NCBI GenBank assembly: GCA_963827235.1
Contig: CAWHAE010000010.1
Location: 896,001-960,000 of the forward strand
From: an uncultured bacterium
GTDB lineage: Bacteria > Chloroflexota > UBA5177 > JANWHV01
DNA length: 64,000 nucleotides
Reading direction: 5' to 3'
Shown: one piece after another, positions 36,363 through 45,451 of the stretch
Layout: each line of letters begins with the position of its first letter
Position numbering within the stretch: position 1 is the stretch's first letter
The notes under the pieces: generated by a model
Database searches by the model: none
What the model was told of the DNA's origin: nothing
The model's input: the letters and a program-made list of their open reading frames with translations, nothing else
Translations under genes and position numbers: made by a program

Positions 36363-37049
36363 TCAGGCTCCGGAACGCTGCTCGTAGGCATGAACCAAGG
36401 GGCCCCCTCCCGTCGAGGGGAGGTTGTGAATGGTTACCGGTGCGTGCACGTGGCCGGTATAGGTCGGATGATGGCCAGGAGTAGCGACCACGCCGGGAAT
36501 CGCCGTCGGTAGAGGCGTGCCGCCGAGGCCATATCCGGGCGAACCCGACGTGGACGTAGCGGCCGCGGCCGGTGTGGCCGGAACGAGGCCTGCGAGGCTG
36601 CGGTCCGACCCCGGCGTCGTCGACGAGTCGCCGGGATGCCAGACGGTCACGAGGATCTCGTTGGCACCCTCCGGAAGGTCCTGCAATAGATAGACGTCCT
36701 GGGTCAGGTCTCCCGCGTAATTGGTGTCAAAGGTGCCCAGGCGCAGCGCCTGCTTGGACTGGGTGTTTGCCACCCACCACATATACTGCTGGCCATTCAA
36801 GAGGTGCGGCAGCAGGTGCACGGTGATGGTAGCCAACTGCTCGGTCGGCCACAGGTGTGCCGAGCCGTACACGTTGGTCGGCCCCCAGTTGGACAGTCCG
36901 TCGATGTACTGCAGCTGAACGGTCACACCCTGTTCCTCCGCGTTGGCGGTCGGCGGCATCGAGCGTCGAACCAACCCGCTTGCGCTCGCCACTGACAGCA
37001 TAACGACGAGAACCAGAGAAACCAGAAATGCCGCGGACCGTTTGTTCAT
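36363..37049 (-). CDS. Secreted protein with RskA-C-like beta domain, Pro/Thr/His linker and C-terminal LPSTG motif
   Basis: Signal peptide MNKRSAAFLVSLVLVVMLSVA; LP.L..GQQY.WW...LGTF...LVT; ends HNLPSTGGGPLVHAYEQRSGA. Confidence 0.75.
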   Translation of the reverse strand: MNKRSAAFLVSLVLVVMLSVASASGLVRRSMPPTANAEEQGVTVQLQYIDGLSNWGPTNVYGSAHLWPTEQLATITVHLLPHLLNGQQYMWWVANTQSKQALRLGTFDTNYAGDLTQDVYLLQDLPEGANEILVTVWHPGDSSTTPGSDRSLAGLVPATPAAAATSTSGSPGYGLGGTPLPTAIPGVVATPGHHPTYTGHVHAPVTIHNLPSTGGGPLVHAYEQRSGA

Positions 37050-37074
37050 GTAACTACTCACCCGCCGCAGCGGC

Positions 37075-37557
37075 CTATGCTGAGCCTCTTGCATCGCGCG
37101 GCCAGAGCAGCCGCTGCAGCGCCACTCCAGCGGGGTCCATGGCGCGCTCATGAGCCAGGCTGCGGTCTGTGATGGGAGCCTCGGCTCGCCGTGCGGCCAC
37201 GCGTCGCAGCAGGACCTGGTCCACGTCTTCTTCGACTTCCGGTTCCGGCTCGGGCTCTTGCGGCTGCGGCGGAGTGAACTGCAGCACTGCCGCCCGTGGC
37301 GATCGATCCTGAGCCGCGACCGGGGCGACGGCCGGCTCAGCCTTTTCGACCGAGCGGCGCGGTCGCTCATTCAGCCGATCTGCCAGCGTGGCGCTGAGCT
37401 CCTCAGCTTCCGCCACCCAGTCTCGCATTTGCACCAGCGCCCCGCCGGCACGATTGTTAAGCGATTTCATGCTTACCTGTAGCCGCAGCATTGTGGCCGC
37501 CAGTGCAACCAGAGCGACTGCCTCGACAATACTCACGGCAAGTGCGATTACGATCAT
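37075..37557 (-). CDS. Single-TM coiled-coil protein coupled to fliA (SwrB-like position)
   Basis: N-terminal TM, coiled coil, acidic EPEPEPEVEED; ATGA overlap with the fliA stop. Confidence 0.65.
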   Translation of the reverse strand: MIVIALAVSIVEAVALVALAATMLRLQVSMKSLNNRAGGALVQMRDWVAEAEELSATLADRLNERPRRSVEKAEPAVAPVAAQDRSPRAAVLQFTPPQPQEPEPEPEVEEDVDQVLLRRVAARRAEAPITDRSLAHERAMDPAGVALQRLLWPRDARGSA

Positions 37558-38342
37558 GCTCGTGCCTCTTTCTTCTTCTTGGCGTCTATGCCGCCGTCTA
37601 CGTAGGCGCGAATGCGCATGATGGCACGTGCGTGCAGCTGCCAGACGCGGGACTCGCAGATGTCCAGCACCTTACCGATCTCACGCAGCGTCAGCGAGCG
37701 TTCATAGTAGAGTGACAGCACCAGGCGCTCACGCTCCTCGAGCCGGCGAATAGCGGTGATCACGTGCATCCGGAGCTCACGCTCCTCGATCTGCTGGCTC
37801 GGCGTCGCGGCTTCGTCCGCGATGATATCCATCAGCGTGACGGTAGCCTCCTCGCCGCCCGGAGCGCGAACCGGCTTCTGCAGCGACACGAAGCTGCTCA
37901 CCGCGTCCGCCATCGCGCGGTGCATTTGGGTCACGGTGAGGCCAAGAGCCTCGGCCACCTCTTCCTCCTCCGGTGCCCGTCCCAGGAGCTCCTCGAGGTG
38001 CAAAAGCATGGCCTGGATTTCCTTGGCACGCTTGCGCGAGCTCCGCGGAACCCAATCCGCGGCGCGCAGGGCATCGATGATGCTGCCCTTGATACGGCCC
38101 GTGGCAAACGTCTCAAAGCTTACGCCGAAGCTCACGTCATAGCGGTCGACGGCCTCTATCAGGCCGATCGTGCCGTAGCCGAGCAGGTCATCCTTGCCGA
38201 GAACCTGCGGCAACACGACCATCATCCGCCCAACAATGCGTCGTACCAGCGGAGCATATTCCAGTATCATCTGCTCGCGGTCGACAGTGTTGAGACCCGT
38301 CACCGGGCGTACCGCATTAGCGAGAGGGCTCATTACGGCCAC
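37554..38342 (-). CDS. fliA: FliA/WhiG family sigma factor (sigma28)
   Basis: Y.PLV, DDL..G.IGLI.AVDRYD, FETFA..RI.GSIID.LR..DWVPRS, ERLVLSLYY..LTLREIG.VL...ESRV.QLH. Confidence 0.96.
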   Translation of the reverse strand: MAVMSPLANAVRPVTGLNTVDREQMILEYAPLVRRIVGRMMVVLPQVLGKDDLLGYGTIGLIEAVDRYDVSFGVSFETFATGRIKGSIIDALRAADWVPRSSRKRAKEIQAMLLHLEELLGRAPEEEEVAEALGLTVTQMHRAMADAVSSFVSLQKPVRAPGGEEATVTLMDIIADEAATPSQQIEERELRMHVITAIRRLEERERLVLSLYYERSLTLREIGKVLDICESRVWQLHARAIMRIRAYVDGGIDAKKKKEARA

Positions 38343-38400
38343 GCAGCATCTCCTTCGAAGGGCTCAGGCATTGAGAAGTCCGGCGCATCTGACGACCACC

Positions 38401-38676
38401 TCAACGCTCTCCCGACTCATCTGCACTCGCCACGTCCCCAAGGCGTGCAGTAGTACCGGAGCCGCCCACTTTCTCATTGGCGATTCTTGCTAAAGCATCC
38501 TCTACAGTTCTCAGTAAGGCTATAGCCAAAAGAGCTACTACCAAGCTTGCTATCCCTGCCCTCACGAACGCATCCAGCGTCGCGGCGCCGTCGGTGATGC
38601 CGAGCGCCGCCACGGCAAAGAAGACGCCGGTTACCACTACCGAGATCAGCCTTCGCAACCTGAGGACCGGCAGCAT
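38401..38676 (-). CDS. Small two-TM membrane protein
   Basis: Two hydrophobic helices; SD from the flhF end; in operon between flhF and fliA. Confidence 0.65.
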   Translation of the reverse strand: MLPVLRLRRLISVVVTGVFFAVAALGITDGAATLDAFVRAGIASLVVALLAIALLRTVEDALARIANEKVGGSGTTARLGDVASADESGER

Positions 38677-38682
38677 CCGGGG

Positions 38683-39792
38683 CTACCCTCTCTTCCTAGA
38701 AGCCAGCGTGACGCCGAGCGCCGTTCGCACGATGGTGGCAAGGCTGGGCGTCGCCGCGGATGAAGTCAAGTTCTGCCCGCGCACGACCATGCCGACAGGC
38801 TGGTGGGCACAGGCGAGGGCGCCGATCGCGGGCATCACGTTGCGGGTCTCGTCGATACGAGAGAGCACCGCCAGGGGGTTCTTAGCCGCTTGTCGAGCCT
38901 TGGCCAGGAAGTCGACGTTGTCATCGCACTGAGCCGTTGCCGGCACGCAGAGCACTTTCTTGGCGCCGTGCAACGGCCACGTCACCGCGCTGTCGCCCAG
39001 CTCGGCGTCATTGGTCGGCGCCCATGCCGACGCCTGCGCGAGCAACAGCGTTTTCGCGCTGCAGCTGCGCTGCACTTCACGGAGCTCGTCCATGGAATAG
39101 GCGTGCGCGACGCGGCAGTTGAATACTTTGCCGAGCGCATCCATCTCTGCCGCGGCGCCGATGCGGTCGATCTCGGTGTTGACGAGCACGATGTCGCGCT
39201 GGCCTCTCTTTACCCCGGCGAGTGCGATAGTGGCGATCAGCACGCTGCGGCCAGAACCCGCCGGACCGCCGATGACGTACGAGCCGGCGAATGGCTCACT
39301 GGCGGGGATGAGCGGGTCTCCGGCGATGCGCAGCAGGATCTGCTCGACCAGCGCCCAGCGCGCGTCCTGCTCGCTCTCCACTACCTGGTTGCCGTATTCA
39401 GCGACGATCTCGGCGATCAGCTCGGTCACCAGGGCGGCAGGCAGGCCACGGCCCACGAGCTCCCGTGAGAGCGAGCGGAGCGGCACCAGCTGCTTCTCCA
39501 GGTCAGGACCGGCGGCCGCGATCCTTGCTGCCGCCGGGGCGCGGGCGCTGCCCGCGACGGGCGCCTGAGCCTGCTGCTCGGGCATCTGCTTCGGCTGTGG
39601 TGCCGGCTGGTACGCGCGTTGCGCGAACGACCGGCGGCTCGCGACGCCTTCCTGCGGCGGCTGAGGACTGGGCGTCTCCTGCGGCGTCGACTTGAACGAT
39701 CGGAACACTGCCGGCCTGACGCGGGCTACGCCGGGAGCAACAGGCTCGGCAACCTCCTCTAGCTGGCTTCTATCTGTTTGCAAGTTCAACAT
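38683..39792 (-). CDS. flhF: FlhF-like SRP-family protein with degenerate GTPase motifs
   Basis: Follows flhA; GPAGSGRS (G1), DRIGA, SRIDET (G4), GQN; G3 DTAG replaced. Confidence 0.8.
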   Translation of the reverse strand: MLNLQTDRSQLEEVAEPVAPGVARVRPAVFRSFKSTPQETPSPQPPQEGVASRRSFAQRAYQPAPQPKQMPEQQAQAPVAGSARAPAAARIAAAGPDLEKQLVPLRSLSRELVGRGLPAALVTELIAEIVAEYGNQVVESEQDARWALVEQILLRIAGDPLIPASEPFAGSYVIGGPAGSGRSVLIATIALAGVKRGQRDIVLVNTEIDRIGAAAEMDALGKVFNCRVAHAYSMDELREVQRSCSAKTLLLAQASAWAPTNDAELGDSAVTWPLHGAKKVLCVPATAQCDDNVDFLAKARQAAKNPLAVLSRIDETRNVMPAIGALACAHQPVGMVVRGQNLTSSAATPSLATIVRTALGVTLASRKRG

Positions 39793-41875
39793 CGATGACC
39801 CCCTCCACTACTGTGTCGTAGCCTGCGGCAATTTCCCGGTAAGACAGCAAGACAAGATTTGCGAAATTGCGTTCGATAAGCCGTCTGAGCGGCGAGCGAA
39901 GCTGCGGGGAACAGACCAGCAGCGGTTGATGCCCTCGGCTGGCCATACCCTCCATCTCTCCGGCCAGCGCCCGCAGGAATGCTTCCACCGCGTGCGGCGC
40001 CAGGATCAGCACCGGGCCATCGTCGATCCGCTGGATGGACGATAGCAGCGTCGACTCGAGGCCCGGACTCATGGACAGGAGATGAATGTGCCCATCGATG
40101 CTGACGTTCTGCTGCGAAATAGTCTGGGCCAGGCCGCGACGCGCGTTGTCTACCAGCATGTCCAGGTCGTGAGTCGTGCGCGCGGCATTGCCAATCGCCT
40201 CAAGGATGGTCGGCAAGTCGCGGATGGGCACGCGCTCGTCCAGAAGGCTCTGCAACACGCGCTGCACCTCGCCCAGGCTGAGCAGGTTGGGAATGACTTC
40301 CTCGACGACGGCCGGGTAGTCCGTCTTGAGGTGATTGATCAGGCGTTGCGTCTGCTGCCGGTCGAGTATCTCAGGCGCGTAGCGCTTGATCAGCTCGGTC
40401 AGGTGCGTGGCGATGACCGACCCCGGATCGACCACCGTGTAGCCCAGCACTTCGGCGTGCTCCCGCTGGTCGGGCCTAATCCAGGTCGCAGGCAATCCGA
40501 AAGTCGGCTCGGTGGTCGGCGTGCCACCTATCTCAAAGTCGCCCGTGCCCGGATTCATGGCCAGCAGCTGGGCCGGAAAGACCTCGCCATTGCCGATCAT
40601 GGCGCCACGCAGCAGGACGCGGTACTCGTTTGCGCCGAGGCGCAGGTTGTCGCGTACACGTACGGTCGGCAGGATGATGCCGAGGTCGAGGGCAGTCTGC
40701 CGGCGGATGAGGCTGATTCGCGACAGCAGGTTTGACTCGCCGCTGTCCACCAGGGATACCAGCCCAAAGCCGATTTCGAGCTCCAGCGCATCCAGATTGA
40801 GCAAGTCGACGATATCTTCGGACTCCGACGGCCCCGACTGCGCCGCGCTATCGGCCCTGCCCGCCTCGATCGCGGACGCGGCAGCCTGCTTGTCCGCCAC
40901 GACGCGGGAGGCCAGGAAGATGGCGACGGCCATGATGTAGAACGGCAGCTTGGGTAGCCCGGGTATGGTGCCCAGCACGGCGAGCAGGCCACTAGCTATT
41001 GCAAGGGCCCTCGCGTTGCCGAGAATCTGCTTGACCATGTCGGCCCCGAGGGTGGCGCCGGTCCCCGACGATCGCGTCACGATGATGCCGGTAGCGGTCG
41101 ACACCAGCAGCGCCGGAATCTGGCTCACCAGACCGTCGCCGACCGTGAGCAGGGAATACCTGGAGATCGCAGTGCCCATGTCCAGCCCCTGCTGGACCAC
41201 CCCAACCACGAACCCTCCGCACAGATTCACCACGATCATGATCAGCGCCGCTATGGCGTCGCCGCGCACGAACTTGCTGGCGCCGTCCATGGCACCGTAG
41301 AAGTCCGCTTCCTGTTCGATCTGCTTCTTGCGCGAACGCGCCACCTGTTCAGTGATAAAGCCCGCGGCGAGCTCCGAGTCGATGCTCATCTGCTTGCCGG
41401 GCATGGCATCGAGCGTGAACCTGGCCGCTACCTCGGCCACGCGTCCGGCTCCACTCGTGATGACCACAAACTGGATCACCATGAGAACCAGGAACATCAC
41501 GAGGCCGATAACGATGTTGCCACCCACGACGAACTGACCGAAAGCCTGGATGACGTCGCCCGCGAAGCCGTGCATGAGTATCAGGCGCGTGGCGGCAACG
41601 CTGATACCCAGCCGGAACAGGGTCATGAGCAGCAAGAGCGACGGGAACACCGAGAACTGCAGCGGCGCCGTAATGTACATGGCCACGAGCAGCACAGTCA
41701 CCGTGCACGCAATATTGAGCGTAATGGCGATGTCCAGCATGATGGCCGGCATGGGCACGATCATCATGAGAACGATCGTCATCACGGCGCCCGCCATGAG
41801 TGCATCGTTGCTGAGCACCAACGCGCTCAGACCTGAGCGCTGGTTCGGTGCCGCCATGCTAGGGTTCATGCTCAT
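39770..41875 (-). CDS. flhA: Flagellar export gate FlhA
   Basis: FSVFPSLLL, RVAEVAARFTLDAMPGKQMSID, FYGAMDGASKFVRGDAIA, GDGLVSQIPAL. Confidence 0.98.
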   Translation of the reverse strand: MSMNPSMAAPNQRSGLSALVLSNDALMAGAVMTIVLMMIVPMPAIMLDIAITLNIACTVTVLLVAMYITAPLQFSVFPSLLLLMTLFRLGISVAATRLILMHGFAGDVIQAFGQFVVGGNIVIGLVMFLVLMVIQFVVITSGAGRVAEVAARFTLDAMPGKQMSIDSELAAGFITEQVARSRKKQIEQEADFYGAMDGASKFVRGDAIAALIMIVVNLCGGFVVGVVQQGLDMGTAISRYSLLTVGDGLVSQIPALLVSTATGIIVTRSSGTGATLGADMVKQILGNARALAIASGLLAVLGTIPGLPKLPFYIMAVAIFLASRVVADKQAAASAIEAGRADSAAQSGPSESEDIVDLLNLDALELEIGFGLVSLVDSGESNLLSRISLIRRQTALDLGIILPTVRVRDNLRLGANEYRVLLRGAMIGNGEVFPAQLLAMNPGTGDFEIGGTPTTEPTFGLPATWIRPDQREHAEVLGYTVVDPGSVIATHLTELIKRYAPEILDRQQTQRLINHLKTDYPAVVEEVIPNLLSLGEVQRVLQSLLDERVPIRDLPTILEAIGNAARTTHDLDMLVDNARRGLAQTISQQNVSIDGHIHLLSMSPGLESTLLSSIQRIDDGPVLILAPHAVEAFLRALAGEMEGMASRGHQPLLVCSPQLRSPLRRLIERNFANLVLLSYREIAAGYDTVVEGVIDVELANR

Positions 41876-41898
41876 GTGCTCGCTTCAGCTGGTCGCCA

Positions 41899-42981
41899 TC
41901 ACCGCGCAAAGCGTCGCGGCGCGCGCATGCGGTAGACGAAGGCCAACACCTGCGCCACCGCTTTGTAGAGCTCTGCCGGAATGTCCTGATTAATCTCCAC
42001 GGACTTGAACAGCGCCTGGGCCAACGGCCGGTTCTCCACCATGGGGATGTTGTGATTCCTGGCGATTTCCTTGATGCGCAACGCGAAGAGGCGCTGCCCC
42101 TTGGCGATCACCTTCGGCGCTCTCATCTTGCCCGGCGTGTACTGGAGCGCTACCGCGTAGTGCGTCGGATTCGTCACCACAACGTCCGCCTGCGGCACGG
42201 CTCGCAGGTTGGGCCCGCTGAGCAGTTTCCTGAGGCGGCGGCGGCCGATCTGGCGGATGCGAGCGCGAATCTGGGGGTTACCTTCCAATCGCTTGAGCTC
42301 CTCCTTGAGCTCCTGCTTGGACATCCTCTGCCGCCTGCGCCAGGCCCACTGGCGATAGACGAAATCGACCACGCCGATGGCGACGAAAGCGACCGCTACT
42401 TGCATTGCAAGCCTGGTAACGTCGTCCCATAACGCCGACGCCGCGAAGGCGTTATCCATGAACGAAAGCTGCGGCACGAGGCTCTGCCAGGTCGGCTGCC
42501 AGGTAAAGACGATGAGCCCGATGACTGAGATCTTCAGCAAGACCTTTGCGAGCTGGATCAGGGCTTCCCGACCGAAGATGTGTTTGAAGTTGCTTCCTGG
42601 GTTGAGCTTCCTGAACGACGGCTTAATTGTCTGGAGGGTGAGAAGCCCGCGCGTGTTGATCGCGCCGATCGCCACGACACCGATGATGGCGGCCATCGCC
42701 AGGGGGGCAAGCAGCTCCAATCCGGTCAGGAAGTCAGACCGAAGCTGGACGCCCACGGTCGTTTGCGTGATCTGCGCCGGATGGGCGGCTCGTGCCAGGT
42801 CCTGCGACAGGATGCCTTCCAGCCCTTGCACGACGTGCACCGCTTGCTGTTGCAGAACGATGAGGCTCACCAGGGCCATGACAGCACCGGTGATCTCGGG
42901 GCTGGTGGGCACGTCGCCGTGCTCGCGAGCTTCTCGCAGCTTGTGTGAGGTCGGCGCTTCGGTCTTTTCCTGGTCAGGCAT
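41899..42981 (-). CDS. flhB: Flagellar export protein FlhB
   Basis: EKTEAPT..KL..AR..G, MSKQE.KEE.K..EG.P, NPTH autocleavage motif. Confidence 0.97.
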   Translation of the reverse strand: MPDQEKTEAPTSHKLREAREHGDVPTSPEITGAVMALVSLIVLQQQAVHVVQGLEGILSQDLARAAHPAQITQTTVGVQLRSDFLTGLELLAPLAMAAIIGVVAIGAINTRGLLTLQTIKPSFRKLNPGSNFKHIFGREALIQLAKVLLKISVIGLIVFTWQPTWQSLVPQLSFMDNAFAASALWDDVTRLAMQVAVAFVAIGVVDFVYRQWAWRRRQRMSKQELKEELKRLEGNPQIRARIRQIGRRRLRKLLSGPNLRAVPQADVVVTNPTHYAVALQYTPGKMRAPKVIAKGQRLFALRIKEIARNHNIPMVENRPLAQALFKSVEINQDIPAELYKAVAQVLAFVYRMRAPRRFAR

Positions 42982-43006
42982 TCGTGAATCCGTCCTCCGC
43001 CGTGGC

Positions 43007-43780
43007 CTACGTGTGGTGAACGAGATCGAGCATGACGTTGGGTACCTGGTCCGTGAGGTGCCCCACGATCAGCACGGTGCCCGCCAGACTGGCCGACATG
43101 GCCAGCAGGCCGAACAGGATGTTGAGCGGCAGACTGAGCACGAACACGTTGAGCTGCGGAAGCGATCGGCTGACTACGCCCAGGATGAGGTCGGTCGCGA
43201 ACAACGTCGCGGCGACCGGCATGGCGATCTGCACGCCGATCTGCGTCACCGCGATAAGATCTCCGACCGCGGACTGCACCAACGATGGGGAAAACGACCC
43301 GCTCCCGAGGGGAGTTAGGTCGAACGACCGTGCCAGCGAAGCGATAAGCCAGAGGTCGCCGTTCATGGCCAGAAAGGTCATGCCGATCACCACGGTGTAG
43401 AACTGGGTCATTACGGAGTCGGTGGTCTCCGTCAAAGGATTGAGCACCGCGGACATGCTGAGTCCGAATTGCAGGCTGACGATCCCGCCGGCCGTGAGCA
43501 GAGCCAGGAAGATGGCGCGAGCCACCAGGCCCATGGCAAGACCCACCAGGAGCTGCACAAGGACAGCCAGAGAAAACGGGAAGAGACCGGTCGGCGCCTG
43601 CATGCGCTGAACCACCGGCACCTGGACCAGAACGATCGTCAGCACAATCACCAGCCCGACTTTGATCATGCGAGGAATCTGCGCGTCGCCGATCAGCGGA
43701 GCGCTCGAGACGAGACCACCGACCCGTGCCAGAACCAGCAGGAATATAGCAATCTCATCGGCGCTGAACTGCGCGTTCAT
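43007..43780 (-). CDS. fliR: Flagellar export protein FliR
   Basis: R..G....AP, AG...QFGL, LG...R..PQLNVF. Confidence 0.95.
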   Translation of the reverse strand: MNAQFSADEIAIFLLVLARVGGLVSSAPLIGDAQIPRMIKVGLVIVLTIVLVQVPVVQRMQAPTGLFPFSLAVLVQLLVGLAMGLVARAIFLALLTAGGIVSLQFGLSMSAVLNPLTETTDSVMTQFYTVVIGMTFLAMNGDLWLIASLARSFDLTPLGSGSFSPSLVQSAVGDLIAVTQIGVQIAMPVAATLFATDLILGVVSRSLPQLNVFVLSLPLNILFGLLAMSASLAGTVLIVGHLTDQVPNVMLDLVHHT

Positions 43781-44046
43781 CCTCGGCCGCCCGGCGTGTA
43801 GCTCAGCATTTGCACGGCGAACTGCACGAGCTGGTGAAACATCCACGGCCCGAATACCGCCAGGGCCGCGAATACCGAGACAATCTTCGGCACGAGGGCG
43901 AGCGTGGAGTCGTTGATCTGGGTTACCGCCTGGAAGATGCTAACGATCACACCGGTAACCAAGCCGATCAAGAGTACCGGCAGGCTGAGCTCGAGGGACA
44001 GAGTCAGCGCACTCTGCAGTACCGAGAACACGTCCGCCTGGCTCAT
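43777..44046 (-). CDS. fliQ: Flagellar export protein FliQ
   Basis: G..VSIFQAVTQIND.TL..VPKI, GPWM. Confidence 0.95.
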   Translation of the reverse strand: MSQADVFSVLQSALTLSLELSLPVLLIGLVTGVIVSIFQAVTQINDSTLALVPKIVSVFAALAVFGPWMFHQLVQFAVQMLSYTPGGRG

Positions 44047-44217
44047 GCTGTGCCGCCCCGTTTCGACGAGTGCCCCTTGAAGTGCGAAACGCGACCCTTG
44101 TCGCACCAATACTGTAGCGACGCCCAGCTGTCTCACCCCAAGCGCTGTACGGGCCGCTTTTGCCGCCTCTGCTACCATGAGCGGAGACGGCGCGGCCGGC
44201 AGCCACGGAGACGAAAC

Positions 44218-44787
44218 GTGATATTTCAGGAAACGAAGCTCAAGGGTGCGTTCATCATCGACATCGAGCCCCGCGCGGACGATCGCGGCTTCTTCGCGCG
44301 AGTATTCTGCCAGCGCGAATTCGCCGAGCATGGGCTGAAGCCCCTGATCGCGCAGGCCAGCATTGCCCTGAACAAGCGAAAGGGCACCGTGCGTGGCATG
44401 CACTTTCAGTTCCCGCCCGCTGCCGAAACCAAGCTCGTGCGGGCCACCAAAGGCGCGATCCTGGACGTGATCTGCGATCTGCGGCCCGAAAGTCCAACGT
44501 ATCTGCAGCACGTCGCAGTCGAGCTCACAGATGACAACTACCGAGCGTTGTACGTTCCGGAGCGTTTTGCGCACGGCTATCAGGTGCTCATGGACAACAC
44601 GGAGACGAGCTACCTGATCGGAGAGTTTTACACGCCGGCGGTGGAAGGCGGGCTGCGATGCGACGATCCGCGGCTCGGTTTGAAGTGGCCCCTGCCTGTG
44701 GCCGAGATCTCGCCTAAAGACGCAGCGTTGAAGCTGCTCGACGAGATAGAGCCGGAGCTGAAGCGGAGAATGGCCGCTTCTACTTGA
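44218..44787 (+). CDS. rmlC: dTDP-4-dehydrorhamnose 3,5-epimerase (RmlC family)
   Basis: D.RGFF.R.F, GT.RGMHFQ, E.KLV, G.I.DV..DLR, LYVP..FAHG, DP.....WP; GTG after GGAG. Confidence 0.93.
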   Translation: MIFQETKLKGAFIIDIEPRADDRGFFARVFCQREFAEHGLKPLIAQASIALNKRKGTVRGMHFQFPPAAETKLVRATKGAILDVICDLRPESPTYLQHVAVELTDDNYRALYVPERFAHGYQVLMDNTETSYLIGEFYTPAVEGGLRCDDPRLGLKWPLPVAEISPKDAALKLLDEIEPELKRRMAAST

Positions 44788-45451
44788 AGCCGAGCAGTAG
44801 CGACTGCACTACCAGGTGCCAGCCGTCCACCATCACGAACAAGAGCAGCTTGAACGGCAGCGAGATAGTGGTCGGCGGCAGCATCATCATGCCCATGGCC
44901 ATGAGGGCGCTGGATACCACGATGTCGATGATCAGGAACGGCAGGAAGATCATGAAGCCGATCTGGAATGCCGTGTGCAACTCGCTCAGGATGAAAGCCG
45001 GGATAAGGACCAAGGTCGACACGTCCGCCTGCGTGCGGGGCTGTTTGTCGTGCGCCGCGTAGAGCATGAGCGAGAGGTCCTCGGAACGGACCTGCTTGAA
45101 CATGAACGTTCGTAGGGGTACCTGGGCGCGGTTGATCGCCTGCTCCTGCGTGATCTGGTTGTTCATGAGCGGGCTGAGCGCCGTGTTGTACACGTCGGTG
45201 AACGTCGGCGTCATCACGAAGAAGGTGAGGAACAGAGCCAGCCCGGTGAGGACCTGGTTCGGCGGCGTCTGCGGGATGCCGATGGCTGAGCGCACAAACC
45301 CCAGCACAACGATGATGCGTGTGAAGCCGGTGAGCATGATGACCAGGGTCGGGGCCAGCGTGACCAGCGTGACGAGCAGAATGATCTCGACCGCACTGCT
45401 CATCCCGCCGCCGCCGGGTCCTACTCCGACGTGAATCGAGGGAATGTTCAT
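44780..45451 (-). CDS. fliP: Flagellar export protein FliP
   Basis: FTRIIVVL, PPNQVL.GLALFLT, PAF.LSEL..AFQIGF, MMMLPP, KLLLFV.VDGW. Confidence 0.97.
   Translation of the reverse strand: MNIPSIHVGVGPGGGGMSSAVEIILLVTLVTLAPTLVIMLTGFTRIIVVLGFVRSAIGIPQTPPNQVLTGLALFLTFFVMTPTFTDVYNTALSPLMNNQITQEQAINRAQVPLRTFMFKQVRSEDLSLMLYAAHDKQPRTQADVSTLVLIPAFILSELHTAFQIGFMIFLPFLIIDIVVSSALMAMGMMMLPPTTISLPFKLLLFVMVDGWHLVVQSLLLGFK

Noticed and set aside
43810-44574. Long extensions of the rmlC and fliQ ORFs suggesting fusion or large overlap
   Set aside because: Family motifs begin at 44218 (rmlC) and 44046 (fliQ); the extensions are shadow frames
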